Shown here: positions 35,707 to 48,064 of the stretch, piece by piece
How the letters are laid out: every line of letters starts with the position of its first letter
Numbering within the stretch: position 1 is the stretch's first letter
From: Octopus sinensis
Taxonomy: Eukaryota
Assembly (NCBI RefSeq): GCF_006345805.1
Contig: NC_043000.1
Coordinates: 131,936,001-132,000,000, forward strand
Direction of reading: 5' to 3'
Length of the DNA: 64,000 bases
Made by a program: the position numbers and the translations under genes
Notes under the pieces: model-generated
The model's database searches: none
What the model was told of the DNA's origin: nothing
What the model saw: only the letters and a program-made list of their open reading frames with translations

Positions 35707-37371
35707 ATCAAAGTGGTAAATTTTAATATATTTGTTTTATAAACAGATACTACCACAATCTCGTTCTTCAGAATAATTCATCTTCCTTAAATCTATTTAC
35801 AACATGAGGGCAATATTTCGCTAAAAATCTATAATGCTATGAGTGAGTCTCTTACTTTATCTCGTTCACAGACAAACACACGCACCAACACTTACGCAGC
35901 ATTGCCGTTATATACTTACTACTACCGAAATATTGCCCACTTCATTTTCTTTACGACTTATGAACTTTTCCTATTTTCCTTCTCATTCTTACGATCAACT
36001 AAGTTTTTATTTACCTAGCATCCATTATACACCAGCAAGTCATGCTACTACGTTCCTTACACTTTCCTCTTTACCAGAAAACATTCCACACTTCGTGCGC
36101 GTGGATGTTTACATACTATGTTGTTATATATACCGGTGTAATGACGTGATACGATCACTATATCCATTGAGTCGGATATAAAATACCAGCAGTTTCGTTT
36201 TGGGATTTTGTTTGCAAGATTCTATAAATGAGTTCGTGTGTTGAAGCATATTCTGTTGTCTGGGGAGAGTCATTTTCTTTTTGTGCCTTATAATACGGTA
36301 AAATTTCCACTTATTTCTTATTTTTATTCAAAAAGGTTGCAAGACGCAACGAAAATTTTAGGAAAATAAAAATAAGAAATAAGTGGAAATTTTACCGGTG
36401 AGTCTGTTACATTATAAGGCACAAAAAGAAAATGATTGTCTCCAGACACAACAGAATACCACCTGTTATTTGTCGACTATACCCTGCTCTCTGATATTCA
36501 GTAGTTGATAGCAGAAATAGAGGCGAACGTGTTCACTGTTTTGTGCACAAGATGTGAAATGTTTTCTGGTAAAGATCAACGTGTAACGTCGTATCGTGAC
36601 TTACTGGTGTTGTATGGGTGCAAGGTAAATAAAAACTGGCAATCAAACTGGTTTTGGTCTCCATTCATTCTTTCAGTTGTATGTATGTGTATCTATATAT
36701 GTGTGTGTATGAGTGCGTGAGTGAGTTAGTATGTTGGCGTGTGTCACTGTTTATGTTGATCGTCCAAACAGAAAACCGTGTGTGTGTGACGGGGGGGGGC
36801 GTGATTTTCACGCTTCAGCTGCAAAAAATAAACATTAAAGAAATAAAAATTCTATTCAGAACTTGCCGAACAAGTACTTGCATTTCTCGGCGACCAAAAC
36901 CAATTAATCGCCTAAAACCTTAAACGACAAGAACAATAGGAAAAGTTCATAAGTCGTGATAAAAATAGAGTAAAATAGGTAATGTTTCGGTAGTAGTGTA
37001 TGACGTCAATGATGAATAAGTGTTGGTGCGAGTGTTTGTTTAGCACTGTGAAGGAGATGAAACATCATGTCACAGACTCAATCATAACATCAGATTTTTA
37101 CCGAAAGAGTGATGCTGGGCTCGAACTCTTGGAGAATCTAACATGGTTCATAAACTTGTAAGCAATTGTCTTTGCTTACATTTGTCCCCTGTTTTGGGGG
37201 AGTCAAACTATTTGGTCTCCTTCTTCTGACTCACCTTGGCAAGGAGCAAGTTGATCAATAAAGTCTCTCCTGTGCCCCCAGGAGCATCTAAAAACAAGAC
37301 CCCCCCCCTCACTAGTGTCATTGTCCACAGATGTCAGAACTTGACAGTATACCTCCTTTTGATCCTATACC

Positions 37372-37590
37372 TATTTCTTTATTACCCACAAGGGGCTAAA
37401 CATAGAGGGGACAAACAAGAACAGACATATGTATTAAGTCGATTACATCGACCCCAGTGCGTAACTGGTACTTAATTCATCGACCCAGAAAGGATGAAAG
37501 ACAAAGTTGACCTCGGCGGAATTAGAACCCAGATCGTAATGGCAGACGAAATACGGCTACGCATTTCGCCCAGCGTGCTAAACGTTTCTG
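37372..37590. mobile_element. Fragment of an abundant octopus-type SINE/interspersed repeat, present only in the right arm
   Basis: GTCGATTACATCGACCCC..ACTGGTACTT..GAAAGGATGAAAG..AAAGTTGACCTCGGCGGAAT; absent at the mirror site about 33045. Confidence 0.75.
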
Positions 37591-38080
37591 CCGAAGTGGT
37601 CCCATCTCATTGACAACTGCTTACAAACTTTCCATGTTGCATGATGTTTCTCTGATTAGCTCTTATGCTAACCTGTGTTGAACATCTCTGACAGGAGCTG
37701 GAAGACCATAGAGTTCAAGTTTCTTTCTCCACCCTCAGGTCATCATTGAATGTGACATCACCCTCGGCAGTAATTTTATTCAGCTGAATACACGTCATTG
37801 ATTTGTTGAAATTACCGAAATAGGACAACTTTAACGTGAAATAACTTCGTAAATATAAGTTTTTCTCAAAAATCCTAAGAGTAAAAGATGTTTTACATGA
37901 CACATTCTACCAGTGTCCGAAGTTTGAAAGTGTTTTCAGTTACAAAAAATTATTTTCTAAATCTGTCGCACAACTTCGAAAAGACCTCTGAGATGGCAAA
38001 ACTGGTGATATGTTAGTTGGGATTGACACTGGAGACAAACTATGTACTAGGAAGAAGCCTTTTATGAGTACAAAAAATGC

Positions 38081-38188
38081 GATGGGAATGTGTACTGGCG
38101 ATGCTCGCGCCGAGAATGCATGGATTCTGTGACAGTGAGGAAAGACACATGGTTTGAAGGTGTGACCCTTCCTCTTAGGACTGTAGTT
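38081..38188 (+). pseudogene. Merlin-like transposase N-terminal Cys fragment (right arm)
   Basis: DGNVYWRCSRRECMDSVTVRKDTWFEGVTLPLRTVV. Confidence 0.5.
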
Positions 38189-39256
38189 CAAGGTACGGCC
38201 TTAAGCCAATTGGATCGATTGTTCCCAATCGGGCCCCGCGCTCAAGGAAACCATATCCTATACGGCGACATTTCATGAAGGTGGTCTCTCAGAAGCTTAA
38301 AAAGATCTACATAAAAATGCTATTTTTTTTTAAAAGAAAACATACTTTCTACACTTTAGCGACACAAGATGCCAAAAGATAAACCCATTCATCTAAAATT
38401 GCTTGGCTCAGTCTTTTTTTAATTTTTAGTGTAAGGTCGATTGTATGTATACATACGGGAGTGTTTATGGGCATGTTTGGGTAATATATTTGTGTGGCTG
38501 TTTAAGTGTAATGGTGAATTGTATGTATATATGTGTGCGTATGTTTGTGTGTGACTTACTATAAATATACTTTGTATATGTTTAATTTTGGGGAAACTTA
38601 TTTATTTCAATAAAGTGTGATAATGTCCACCCGATTTCTCTTCACCCTTGTCATATTTTAATCGTTATGCATCCTAAATAGTTCATGCATGCACATTAGA
38701 CTTTAATAGCCAACAAAATAATATCCATTGAACAATATAATTTTTATTGAGGAAAGTAGACCAATATTTCTCAAAATTTCACTTAAATTCAACTATCTAT
38801 CGAGGACGCTTGGAAACCTAAAATAGTGGAGGGTAGTCGGTAATACTTGAACGTTTAAAAACTTCTCGCACTCCAAATAACTCAAACTGGAAAATCGGCG
38901 AAATAAAAAGACTCCTGCATTTGAATTTTTTAATGGGAAAAACTTTTGTGCACAATATGTAACAGTAATTGAGATGGCTGAGCATCGATATTCATTCAGG
39001 ATTTGTGGCAGGTCCGTTGTTCAGTGTACTTGATCTTCACTAATATGCGCGGCATTCAATCATGTGTTACATGGCTATCGAGCGTGGATAGTTATTACGA
39101 CGGTGCATACGCGGTCGTCAGTTTTGTAGTGGTTCAGGGTCACCGGTTTTCGTTCGAAGGTCTAGGGTCTCTCTTGGTTTTACAAAGGAGTGCTTTAAGT
39201 ACAAACACAAATCACATATGCATTTCCACCTCTACACATATACACGCAAGGCTAAA

Positions 39257-39520
39257 ATTTAGGGTTAGGGTTAGGGTTAGGGTCAGTGACAGGATGTTGT
39301 CTCAGTTTTAGACGCAGCAAATGATTTTAGCTCAATAGAGGCCATCGATTGGTTAAAATTAGGAAAATTAAACTACGTTAAACTTACAAATTACAATTTT
39401 CTCAAGAAAGCCAAGAGAAAAAAATGTTTTATTTTGACACATTCTACCAGTATACGAAGTTTAAAAGTGTTTAGTTAACTAGAAATTGTGTTGAAAACTG
39501 CCGTTCAAAAGGAAAAGATC
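39257..39520. mobile_element. Mirror copy of the MITE end with (TTAGGG)4
   Basis: Reverse complement of 31134-31390. Confidence 0.6.
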
Positions 39521-39926
39521 AAAAAAAATTTCTAAAAAAAGTTTAAAATGAAGAATTAAGTGGTGGGGTTAATTTCAAAGTGCCAATCTTTGCCAATTTT
39601 TATGCAGATTCATACTGTCCATAGCCGAAAACGGGAGTTTGTGTAGAAAAAAAATTAAATTAAAATGGGCGTTGAGGGTTGGGGGGGGGAGTACAAAAGG
39701 AAGTCTTTGCCTACTCCGGTAATTTTCTTTCATGTAAATGCTTATGTTATTTCAAAAATTTACAAGCAAAATGTTCTAAAAGATGTACATGTCTATGTTA
39801 TACATGTCGATTAAAGTTTATATTACATTTGCCTTAGAAAAAAATGTTTTCTTAAGAAAAGAAGTTTTAGCATCAGTTTATAGTATCAATTTATAGAATA
39901 AATATATTAAAATTTACCACTTTGAT

Positions 39927-40043
39927 GCTTACGGCCATATCACGTTGAAAGCACCGGTTCTCGTCCGATCACCGAATTAAGCAACATCGAGCTTAGTTAG
40001 CACTTAGATGGGTGACCGCTTGGGAACCCTGGGTGCTATAAGC
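39927..40043 (+). rRNA. 5S rRNA: 5S rRNA, dispersed copy (1-nt deletion, substitutions)
   Basis: Near full-length. Confidence 0.8.
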
Positions 40044-40291
40044 ATTTTTTTTTTTTTTTTATTCTTCATAAATTTGAATAAATTGTAATTTCATCATGCC
40101 ATATAGTAAAACATAGCAGATTCGAATTATCTTCATGACTGAATACAGAAAGCATCCGTAGATTAACAAAATCGTGCGGGTGGAAATCGCTTGTATTGCT
40201 GTTCTTTATTCTTGCTGACAGTGATAGTCGTCTATGGTATAATGAAATTACAATTTATTCCAAAAAAAAAAAAAAAAAAAAGGTATAGAAT

Positions 40292-40409
40292 GCTTACAGC
40301 ACCTAGGGTTCCCAAGCGGTCACCCATCCAAGTACTAACTAGGCTCGATGTTGCTTAACTTCGGTGATCGGACGAGAACCGGTGCTTTCAACGTGATATG
40401 GCCGTAAGC
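40292..40409 (-). rRNA. 5S rRNA: 5S rRNA, dispersed copy
   Basis: Full-length. Confidence 0.94.
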
Positions 40410-40804
40410 ATCAATGTGGTAAATTTTAATATATTTATTCTATAAACTGATACTAGAACTTCTTATTTCAGTAGAATAAGTTTATCCTTTCTAAAATTTA
40501 TAGTTTTTTACATTCGTTAACAACACATTATTTAACATATATTACACTTCATTTTCATTTTTCTCACCGAGTCCTAAACTAGAGATTAACAACGCGAGAT
40601 GTGAAAAGTTTTCTCGTACAGATCAACGTGTAAAGAACGTAATTGTTAGACTTGCTGCTGTATAATGTGTTTTAGGTAACTAAAGACTCAAATGACCGTA
40701 ACACTGAGAAGGAAAATAGGAAAATTTCATAAGCCGTAATAAAAACGAAGTTAAATCAAATAGAGTTTCAGTAGTAGTAAAAAAAAAAGAAAAAAACAGG
40801 TAAT

Positions 40805-40922
40805 GCTTACGGCACCTAGGGTTCCCAAGCGGTCACCCATCTAAGTACTAACTAGGCTCGATGTTGCTTAACTTCGGTGATCGGACGAGAACCGGTGCTT
40901 TCAACGTGATATGGCCGTAAGC
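40805..40922 (-). rRNA. 5S rRNA: 5S rRNA, dispersed copy
   Basis: Full-length. Confidence 0.92.
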
Positions 40923-41859
40923 ATCAGTTTAATAAATTTTAATCTATTTATTCTATAACCTGACACTATAAACTGATGCTAAAACTTCTTTTTTTCTTAA
41001 GAACAACTTTTTTTTTTAGATTTATATACAATTTAAAGCAAGTGTAATGTAAACTTTTATTGTCATATATAACATAAACATGTGCATCTTTTAAAACATT
41101 GTCATTTTAGAAGGTTTTGCTTGCAAATTTTTGAAATAACATAAACATTTATATGAAAGAAATTTACCGGAGTAGGCAAGACTTCCCTTTGTACCCCCAG
41201 CCCACCCTCAGCACCCATATGTAGCTGGAGTCAGGATTTACGTATAATGGTAACACTTATAAGTAACAGTTTTATCATTATATATCCCTATTTAAAAAGC
41301 TAAATATATTTATCTATTTCCAAATAGGAAACATAATAAAGTAACGTTACACCAAAAGTAAACAAACCAACCAGAAAATATCCGCTATAGTTGAAGATAG
41401 CTTTCATATCATGATTGTTGTACGATCATCAACCAGAGAGAACAAGGAACAAAACATTTTCTGCGACACTTAATCGATTTGTTTACTCTTTAACTTTAGA
41501 AAGAGAGATAATTGTTGCGTTAGCTGAACATGTGTTCAATCATATTACTTTGACTGATAAGTATAATTATTTTTTATTTACCATAAAGGTAGAGACAAAG
41601 AGAGGACAGACAAAGGGTCGGGGGATGAGTAAGTGTTGGTGCGAGTGTTCGACTGTTCAGCATTGTGAAAGTGAAAGACAATGGGTTTTTTTTTCTACCG
41701 AGATCGCTTGTTGGTACTGTGAAGACGAAATATAATGTCTTTTTACCGAAAGATTACCAAGTTATATATAAACTGAAAGAAAGAAAAATATATTCTGAAA
41801 AATGAAAATGTTCTAGTATCAATTTATAGAATAAATATATTAAAATTTACTACTTTGAT

Positions 41860-41977
41860 GCTTACGGCCATATCACGTTGAAAGCACCGGTTCTCGTTCG
41901 ATCACCGAAGTTAAGCAACATCGAGCCTAGTTAGTACTTAGATGGGTGACCGCTTGGGAACCCTAGGTGTTGTAAGC
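41860..41977 (+). rRNA. 5S rRNA: 5S rRNA, dispersed copy carrying the array-type CTCGTTCG variant
   Basis: Full-length. Confidence 0.9.
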
Positions 41978-42389
41978 ATTCTATTACTTTTTCTTTTTTT
42001 TTAAATTTAAACAAATTGTAATTTGACCACAAGAAGCATTAAAACACAGCGGATTCGATTTAAAAAATCGGGCAGGTGGGGACCTCTTCTATAGGTGTTC
42101 TTTACTCACGAACCTTGTTGGTAGTGATAATCGTTCACCTAAGTTTATTAAAGTTTTCTTATGAAGATACTGAAAATAGCTTTCATGTCATAATTGTTCT
42201 ACAACCATCAACCAGAGAGAACAGGAACAAATACTGCAAAACATGCCGGTACTTTAACGGTTTTGAAATTCGTTAACTATATGAAGGGAGATAATTGTCA
42301 CATTAGTTGAAAATGTCTTCAATTATATCCCTTTGACCAATAAATATAACGCATAACTTTAAAAGACAAAAACTACATATACTTGTTCC

Positions 42390-43530
42390 AGGAAGAGATG
42401 GTCTCATGGCCTCCACAGAGTCTCGTCGCCGGTAAGATTGATGATGTTAACGTTCTGCTAAACATTTTCGAGTCAGCTACAGAAAAAAAGAAACGTGCAT
42501 AAAAGGACAAAAATCCAAACAAATAACATTCTGAGAAGAAATGCATAGGTTCGAGCATGTTGCATTGGTGAGCGACTGCATAGCATCGGCTGGCTGCGCT
42601 TTTGGTTCCAACCTCGGATATCCCTGTGTAGCAGCAGAACTAACTCAGATGTCGAAAACCGACAGTATTTATGATGCCGTCTTTGCTAGGTTGAAAAGAT
42701 ATTCAGTGGTTCAGTAGAGCAATCAGGTAGAGGTATGAGTGATGACTCATGTTCTTTGCTATTCCAATGGACGGAGGTTTCTGCAGCAGCTTGGTGTCAG
42801 TAGCGTTGCATCTGGGAGTGAGGGGAATGGTGTAATCCGGGCGGCACTTTAGAGTCTGATATATAAGTCAGTATAGGATTGTGGCCTGGCGAGAAGGAAG
42901 AAAACATAGGTGGTTTATTAAATGACAAAGGGGATTTTAACCCGAAGTCAAAGTAAGGTCACTTCAAACTCTTGCATATTGGAGTCTATAAAGAATTAGA
43001 CCTCTTGTAGAACAGCTGGTTCGTTTGAAAGACAGATGAGGAGCATCATTATGAAGCAATGCAAAAGTGTTCTTTAATTCATTAAAGACTATGGATCTCA
43101 TGAAACTAGTTACAATCACCTAGTTATAATCAACGCCTCGTAACATTATTATTATGACCAGAAACAAAGAGTGGATCATAGAACACCGGAGAGAACTGTT
43201 ATTTCCAAAACTCATTAATCCTTCCTCTGTAAATACTGCGATCTTGGAAACGGATGGCCTGAGATTAATTAAAAAGAAAAAGAAAAGTACGTGCTCTAGC
43301 TCCCTTGGATATTCCATCTCTTCTAGTGGCTCTCTCCACAGAGATAGTTGCATATGTGACTAGTTACTGAGTCGTTTTCGATCTAGTAACGAAAATCAGT
43401 GTATCAAGTTGTTGTACTCTCATCCCTCCAATATAGATGTCAATTCTGGATGCTCTACAAAAGTTTCCTGAAGAAACTTGAACATTTCCACTTGCGAATT
43501 CTGCAATCGATCATGAACTTCAGTCGGCAG
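42390..43530 (+). mobile_element. Decayed RTE relic copy 2, 5' part (interrupted by Gypsy)
   Basis: YQVVVLSSLQYRCQFW..KKLEHFHLRILQSI; colinear with 12150-13500. Confidence 0.7.
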
Positions 43531-43768
43531 TGTTATATAATCATCACAACAAACATGAACAATCAACGTCGCCCATTGTCTCCCTTGATAAAAGGACTTT
43601 CACTTTGTTTCCCGCCAAAACAATTAACTTGTACAACAACGGCAGTCGAATAAAGTATCTTGTATCGTTAACACGTTGTTTCAGTCTCTCTCATTTTCTT
43701 AATCTTTCATACTAAGTACTCACTACTTCCTTTAATACTCAATACATTATATATATATAACAACAACA
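43531..43768 (+). repeat. 5' LTR (238 bp)
   Basis: TGTTATATAA...ACAACAACA; AATAAA near 43662. Confidence 0.95.
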
Positions 43769-43779
43769 TGGTGTCAGAA
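43769..43779 (+). promoter_or_regulatory. Primer-binding site, tRNA-Leu-like
   Basis: TGGTGTCAGAA is complementary to the tRNA-Leu 3' end UUCUGACACCA. Confidence 0.75.
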
Positions 43780-43846
43780 TACTAAAAGAACCCAAAATAC
43801 AGAAACCAAAGGAAAAAAGAAGTTGAAATCATACTTCAAAGACGAA

Positions 43847-46800
43847 ATGGAAAATTTACCGCATCCAAAAGACCTAGACTTTAATCAGGAAAATCTAGCC
43901 GCAGCATGGAAAAAGTGGAAAAAAGAATTCAATCTCTTTTTGATAGCAACAGAAAGTGACATGAAGCCAGACAAAGTAAAAACTTCAATGTTTTTAACTT
44001 GCATCGGTTCTAAAGGCCGAGATATCCATTCCACACTGGATTTCGATTCACCCGACGAAGAAATGAACCTTCAGACAGTAATCGAAAATTCGATGCATAT
44101 TGTGAACCCAGGAAAAACATAACTTTCCTAAGACACAAATTCTTCACATGTGGACAAGCGGAACATCAAAAATTCGATGAGTACGTAGTAGAGTTGCGCC
44201 AAAAGGCACAACAGTGCGAATTCGGCAACCTCACAGACAGTCTCACCAAAGATATTCTGATATGTGGAATCAGAGACATGAGATTAAGAGAAAGATTATT
44301 GAGAGAACCAAATTTAGACCTACAAAAAACAATTCAAGCAGGTCAGAGTGCAGAGCAAACACGACTCCAATCAAGGATGCTAAATGCCACATCCGAAACA
44401 AGAGATAACGAAATCTCGAGGGTATATAGTCAACACGACAGAAAAGGCGCCAAAACTCAAATAACCCGCCATATGCAATCCAGACATCAAAACGAACAGG
44501 CGGAAGTGACAGAAAGCCCGCGAAGTTTCAAGCGCCAAGTCAACACTACGTCACTAACTGTCACTATTGTGGTTATAATCACAAAAGAAATAAATGCCCA
44601 GCATTTCACAAGACATGTGAAAAATGCAAGAAACAAGGACACTATGCAAAAATGTGCAAATCAAGAAAATTTGTACATAAAGTAGAGATACATACCGACG
44701 ATGAATCAGATGACGATACACATGCACTCGAAATGATCACTGCAAATAATTCCCGCGTGCACAAAATCGAAAAGTTCAAGACTCCAAAAGACATTTGGAC
44801 GGTCGAACTAAAAGTGAACAACTCGAATGTAACATTCAAAATAGATACAGGAGCAGACGTAACCGTACTGCCATTCAGAGAATATAGAAATATAATTCCA
44901 AAACCACAACTGCAAAAAACTTCAACTCGATTATCAGCTTATAATAACACAGCTATAAAAGTGCTAGGAAAATGCACAGCAGTCATTAAATACAAAGAAT
45001 TATCAAAGCAAATAAAATTCATTGTTGCAAAAACAAACTCGCACGCAGTTATAGATGCAAAGACAGCTAAAGATCTGAACCTGATTCAGAGAATTTCAAA
45101 AATAAATTCGTCGAACACAAACGACATATTAGAAAAATATGAAGACTGTTTCGGAGAAATCGGCACTTTGTCAATAACACATCATATCACAGTGGATCCA
45201 CAAATAACTCCTGTAATTCATCCACCAAGATCGGTTCCTTTTTCTATAAAAGAAAAACTCAACAAAGAATTAAAAAGAATGACAGAATTAGATATCATAA
45301 AACCTGTTAGTGAACCTACAGACTGGGTAAATTCCCTAGTCATCGTTGAAAAAGCCAACGGAAAACTCCGACTCTGTTTAGACCCCAAGAATCTAAACAA
45401 AGCCATAAAAAGGCAACATTTCAAACTCCCTACAGCGGAGGACATTTTTGCACAAATGCATAACCCTAAATATTTTTCAAAACTAAATGCATCTAATGGA
45501 TACTGGCAAATTCCAGTTGACGAAGAAAGCTCCCATCTTTTAACGTTCAACACACCTTTTGGAAGGTATCGCTTCACACGACTACCCTTTGGAATTCACA
45601 GCGCCAGTGAAGTTTTCCAAAAAGAAATTTCAAAAATAATAGAGGGCATAGAAGGAGCAAGAAATTCACAGGATGACATCATAATCTGTCCAACACTTTA
45701 GAAGAACACACAAATAGACTACAACAAGTTTTCGATCGAATCCGAAAGCACGGATTAAAGTTAAATAAATCAAAGTGTATCTTCTATGAATCACAAATCA
45801 AGTACCTTGGGCATATATTAACCAGCGAAGGGATAAAACAAGATCCAACCAAGGTACAAGCAATCATTCACATGCCACTGCCAACAAGTAAAAAAGAATT
45901 ACAAAGATTCCTAGGTATGACAAATTACCTATGTAAATTTTTATCTAATTACTCCGAAGTCACAGCACCATTGCGCCAGCTTCTACAGAGTGACACGTTA
46001 TGGTCATTCGACAAACCACAAATCGAAGCAATAAAAAAGCTAAAAGAAATGATTACCAGAAAACCAGTGCTACAATTTTATGATCCAGATCTACCAATAA
46101 AAATAACTACAGATGCTAGTAAGCATGGGCTCGGAGCGATACTTGAGCAGAAACACAACGAAAGATGGCTACCTGTTTCGTTTGCATCTCGTGCAACAAC
46201 TCAAGCGGAACAAAACTACTGTCCGATAGAGAGCGAAGCTCTCAGTATAGTTTTCGCATGCAAGAAATTTCATCAGTTTATATACGGAACTCATTTCAGA
46301 ATCGAAAATGACCATAAACCGTTGAAGCAAATATTCAAAAAATCGATCACTAAATGCCCCCCCAGAATCCAAAGATTTCTACTAACATTACAAAGATATG
46401 ATTTTGACCTAAACCACATACCTGGTAAAGAATCAATTGTTGCAGATACCCTATCACGTGCATACCTTGAGCAAAATACTCCAGAAGTATCAGACGAAGA
46501 TATGAAATCGCACATTCATGCAGTAATAAAAAATTACCCCATAACCGACACTAAATTAAAAGAGTATAAAGAAGCCACTGCAGACGACCCGTCTCTACAG
46601 ACACTCGTCACATATACAAGAACAGAATGGCCCCCAAAAGACAAAATACCAATAAACATCAAACCATTCGTATCTGTTCGTGATGAAATATCAATCGTCA
46701 ATGGTCTCGTTCTAAAAGGTTCAAGAATAATTGTACCTAAGTCATTACGTAGAGAAGCTCTACAGGAAATACATACCGGACACATGGGTATCGAAAAATG

Positions 46801-47787
46801 CATAGAGAGAGCCAAGGAATGTATATACTGGCCCGGCATTAACGCTCAAATCAAAGACATGATTAACACATGCTCATACTGCATTGACTACAAAAATCAA
46901 CAAGCAGCCGAACCACTAATAAATCATGAAATACCTACTACACCATGGACCAAAGTGGGTACAGACGTATTTCACCTGTCTGGAAATTCGTATGTCACAA
47001 TTATTGACTATACAACAAGATTTTTTGATCTACACGAAATAAATGATTGCCAGTCAAAAACCGTAATCAAAAAATTAAAAGAAACTTTTGCTAAATTCGG
47101 AATTCCGCAAACAGTTGTAAGTGACAACGGTCCAGAATTCAATTCGGCTGAATTCAAAAAATTTGCAAAAAATTGGCATTTTCATCACACGAAGACAAGC
47201 CCGCATTATCATCAAGCGAATGGCATGGTTGAGAGAAATATACAGACAATAAAAAAGACGCTAAAAAAGGCATTCAAAAGTGACGAAGAACCTCAGTTAG
47301 CGCTCTTAGCATTACGCACGACTAAATTACAAAATGGTGCACCATCCCCTGCAAATCAAATAATGAATAGAACATTGCGAACAAATCTCCCAAACATACT
47401 ACACGACAAAATTGGTATCAGGCTCACGAAAAGAAGAAATCAAACATTACAACAGAACTCCCAGAGTTAAAACCACACGACACGGTTAGAATTAAGTTTA
47501 ACAACAATTGGTTTAGAAGGGGCAAAATAATTAAAAAACTAGAGCAACCTCGTTCATACTTAGTAATAACAGAGGAAGGAAATACAGTCAAACGAAATAG
47601 ACAACATATTCTTAAAACAAACGAACACGTTCGCATAACAGAAGAATTAGATTATGAAAATATATTTCCAAAATCAACAAACACGCATGAAAAAACAAAA
47701 ACAGCACAACTACAGAATTCAACACTACAAAATAATAAAACCACAAAAAGTGGACGACGAATAATTATTCCCTGTAGATACAGATGA
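43847..47787 (+). pseudogene. gag-pol: gag-pol polyprotein, four frame breaks as assembled
   Basis: Gag with two CCHC knuckles (CHYCGYNHKRNKC, CEKCKKQGHYAKMC), protease IDTGAD, RT LCLDP/RLPFGI/SQDD, RNase H TDAS/EALS/DHKPL, integrase HHCC plus DVF/SDNGP/NGMVER, C-terminal PRSY..RNRQH. Confidence 0.93.
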
Positions 47788-47800
47788 TATAAAAAAAATT

Positions 47801-47824
47801 AAAAAAAAAAAAAAAAAAGGAAGA
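47801..47824 (+). other. Polypurine tract
   Basis: A18GGAAGA immediately before the 3' LTR. Confidence 0.8.
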
Positions 47825-48064
47825 TGTTATATAATCATCACAACAAACATGAACAATCAACGTCGCCCATTGTCTCCCTTGATAAAAGGACTTTCACTTT
47901 GTTTCCCGCCAAAACAATTAACTTGTACAACAACGGCAGTCGAATAAAGTATCTTGTATCGTTAACACGTTGTTTCAGTCTCTCTCATTTTCTTAATCTT
48001 TCATACTAAGTACTCACTACTTCCTTTAATACTCAATACATTATATATATATATAACAACAACA
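47825..48064 (+). repeat. 3' LTR (240 bp)
   Basis: Same as the 5' LTR except one extra AT in the (AT)n run. Confidence 0.95.

Larger units (their letters stand above)
27925..42660. repeat. About 14.7 kb imperfect palindrome (arms about 27925-34817 and 35589-42660)
   Basis: Mirror ORF pairs (31393-/39003+, 32979-/37236+, 33495-/36654+, 28305-/42076+) and mirror 5S genes with coordinate sums 70407-70653. Confidence 0.93.
43531..48064 (+). mobile_element. Full-length Ty3/Gypsy LTR retrotransposon, Mag-like
   Basis: TG..CA LTRs, GGCAG 5-bp target-site duplication, primer-binding site, polypurine tract, and gag-PR-RT-RH-IN order. Confidence 0.96.

Noticed and set aside
43530-43715. 61-aa ORF repeated at 47824
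   Set aside because: It is simply the LTR read in frame; no protein similarity recognised
44500-44690. Programmed gag-pol frameshift
   Set aside because: The break lies upstream of the zinc knuckles, which are already in the pol frame; Mag-like elements typically have a single ORF, so an indel is more likely
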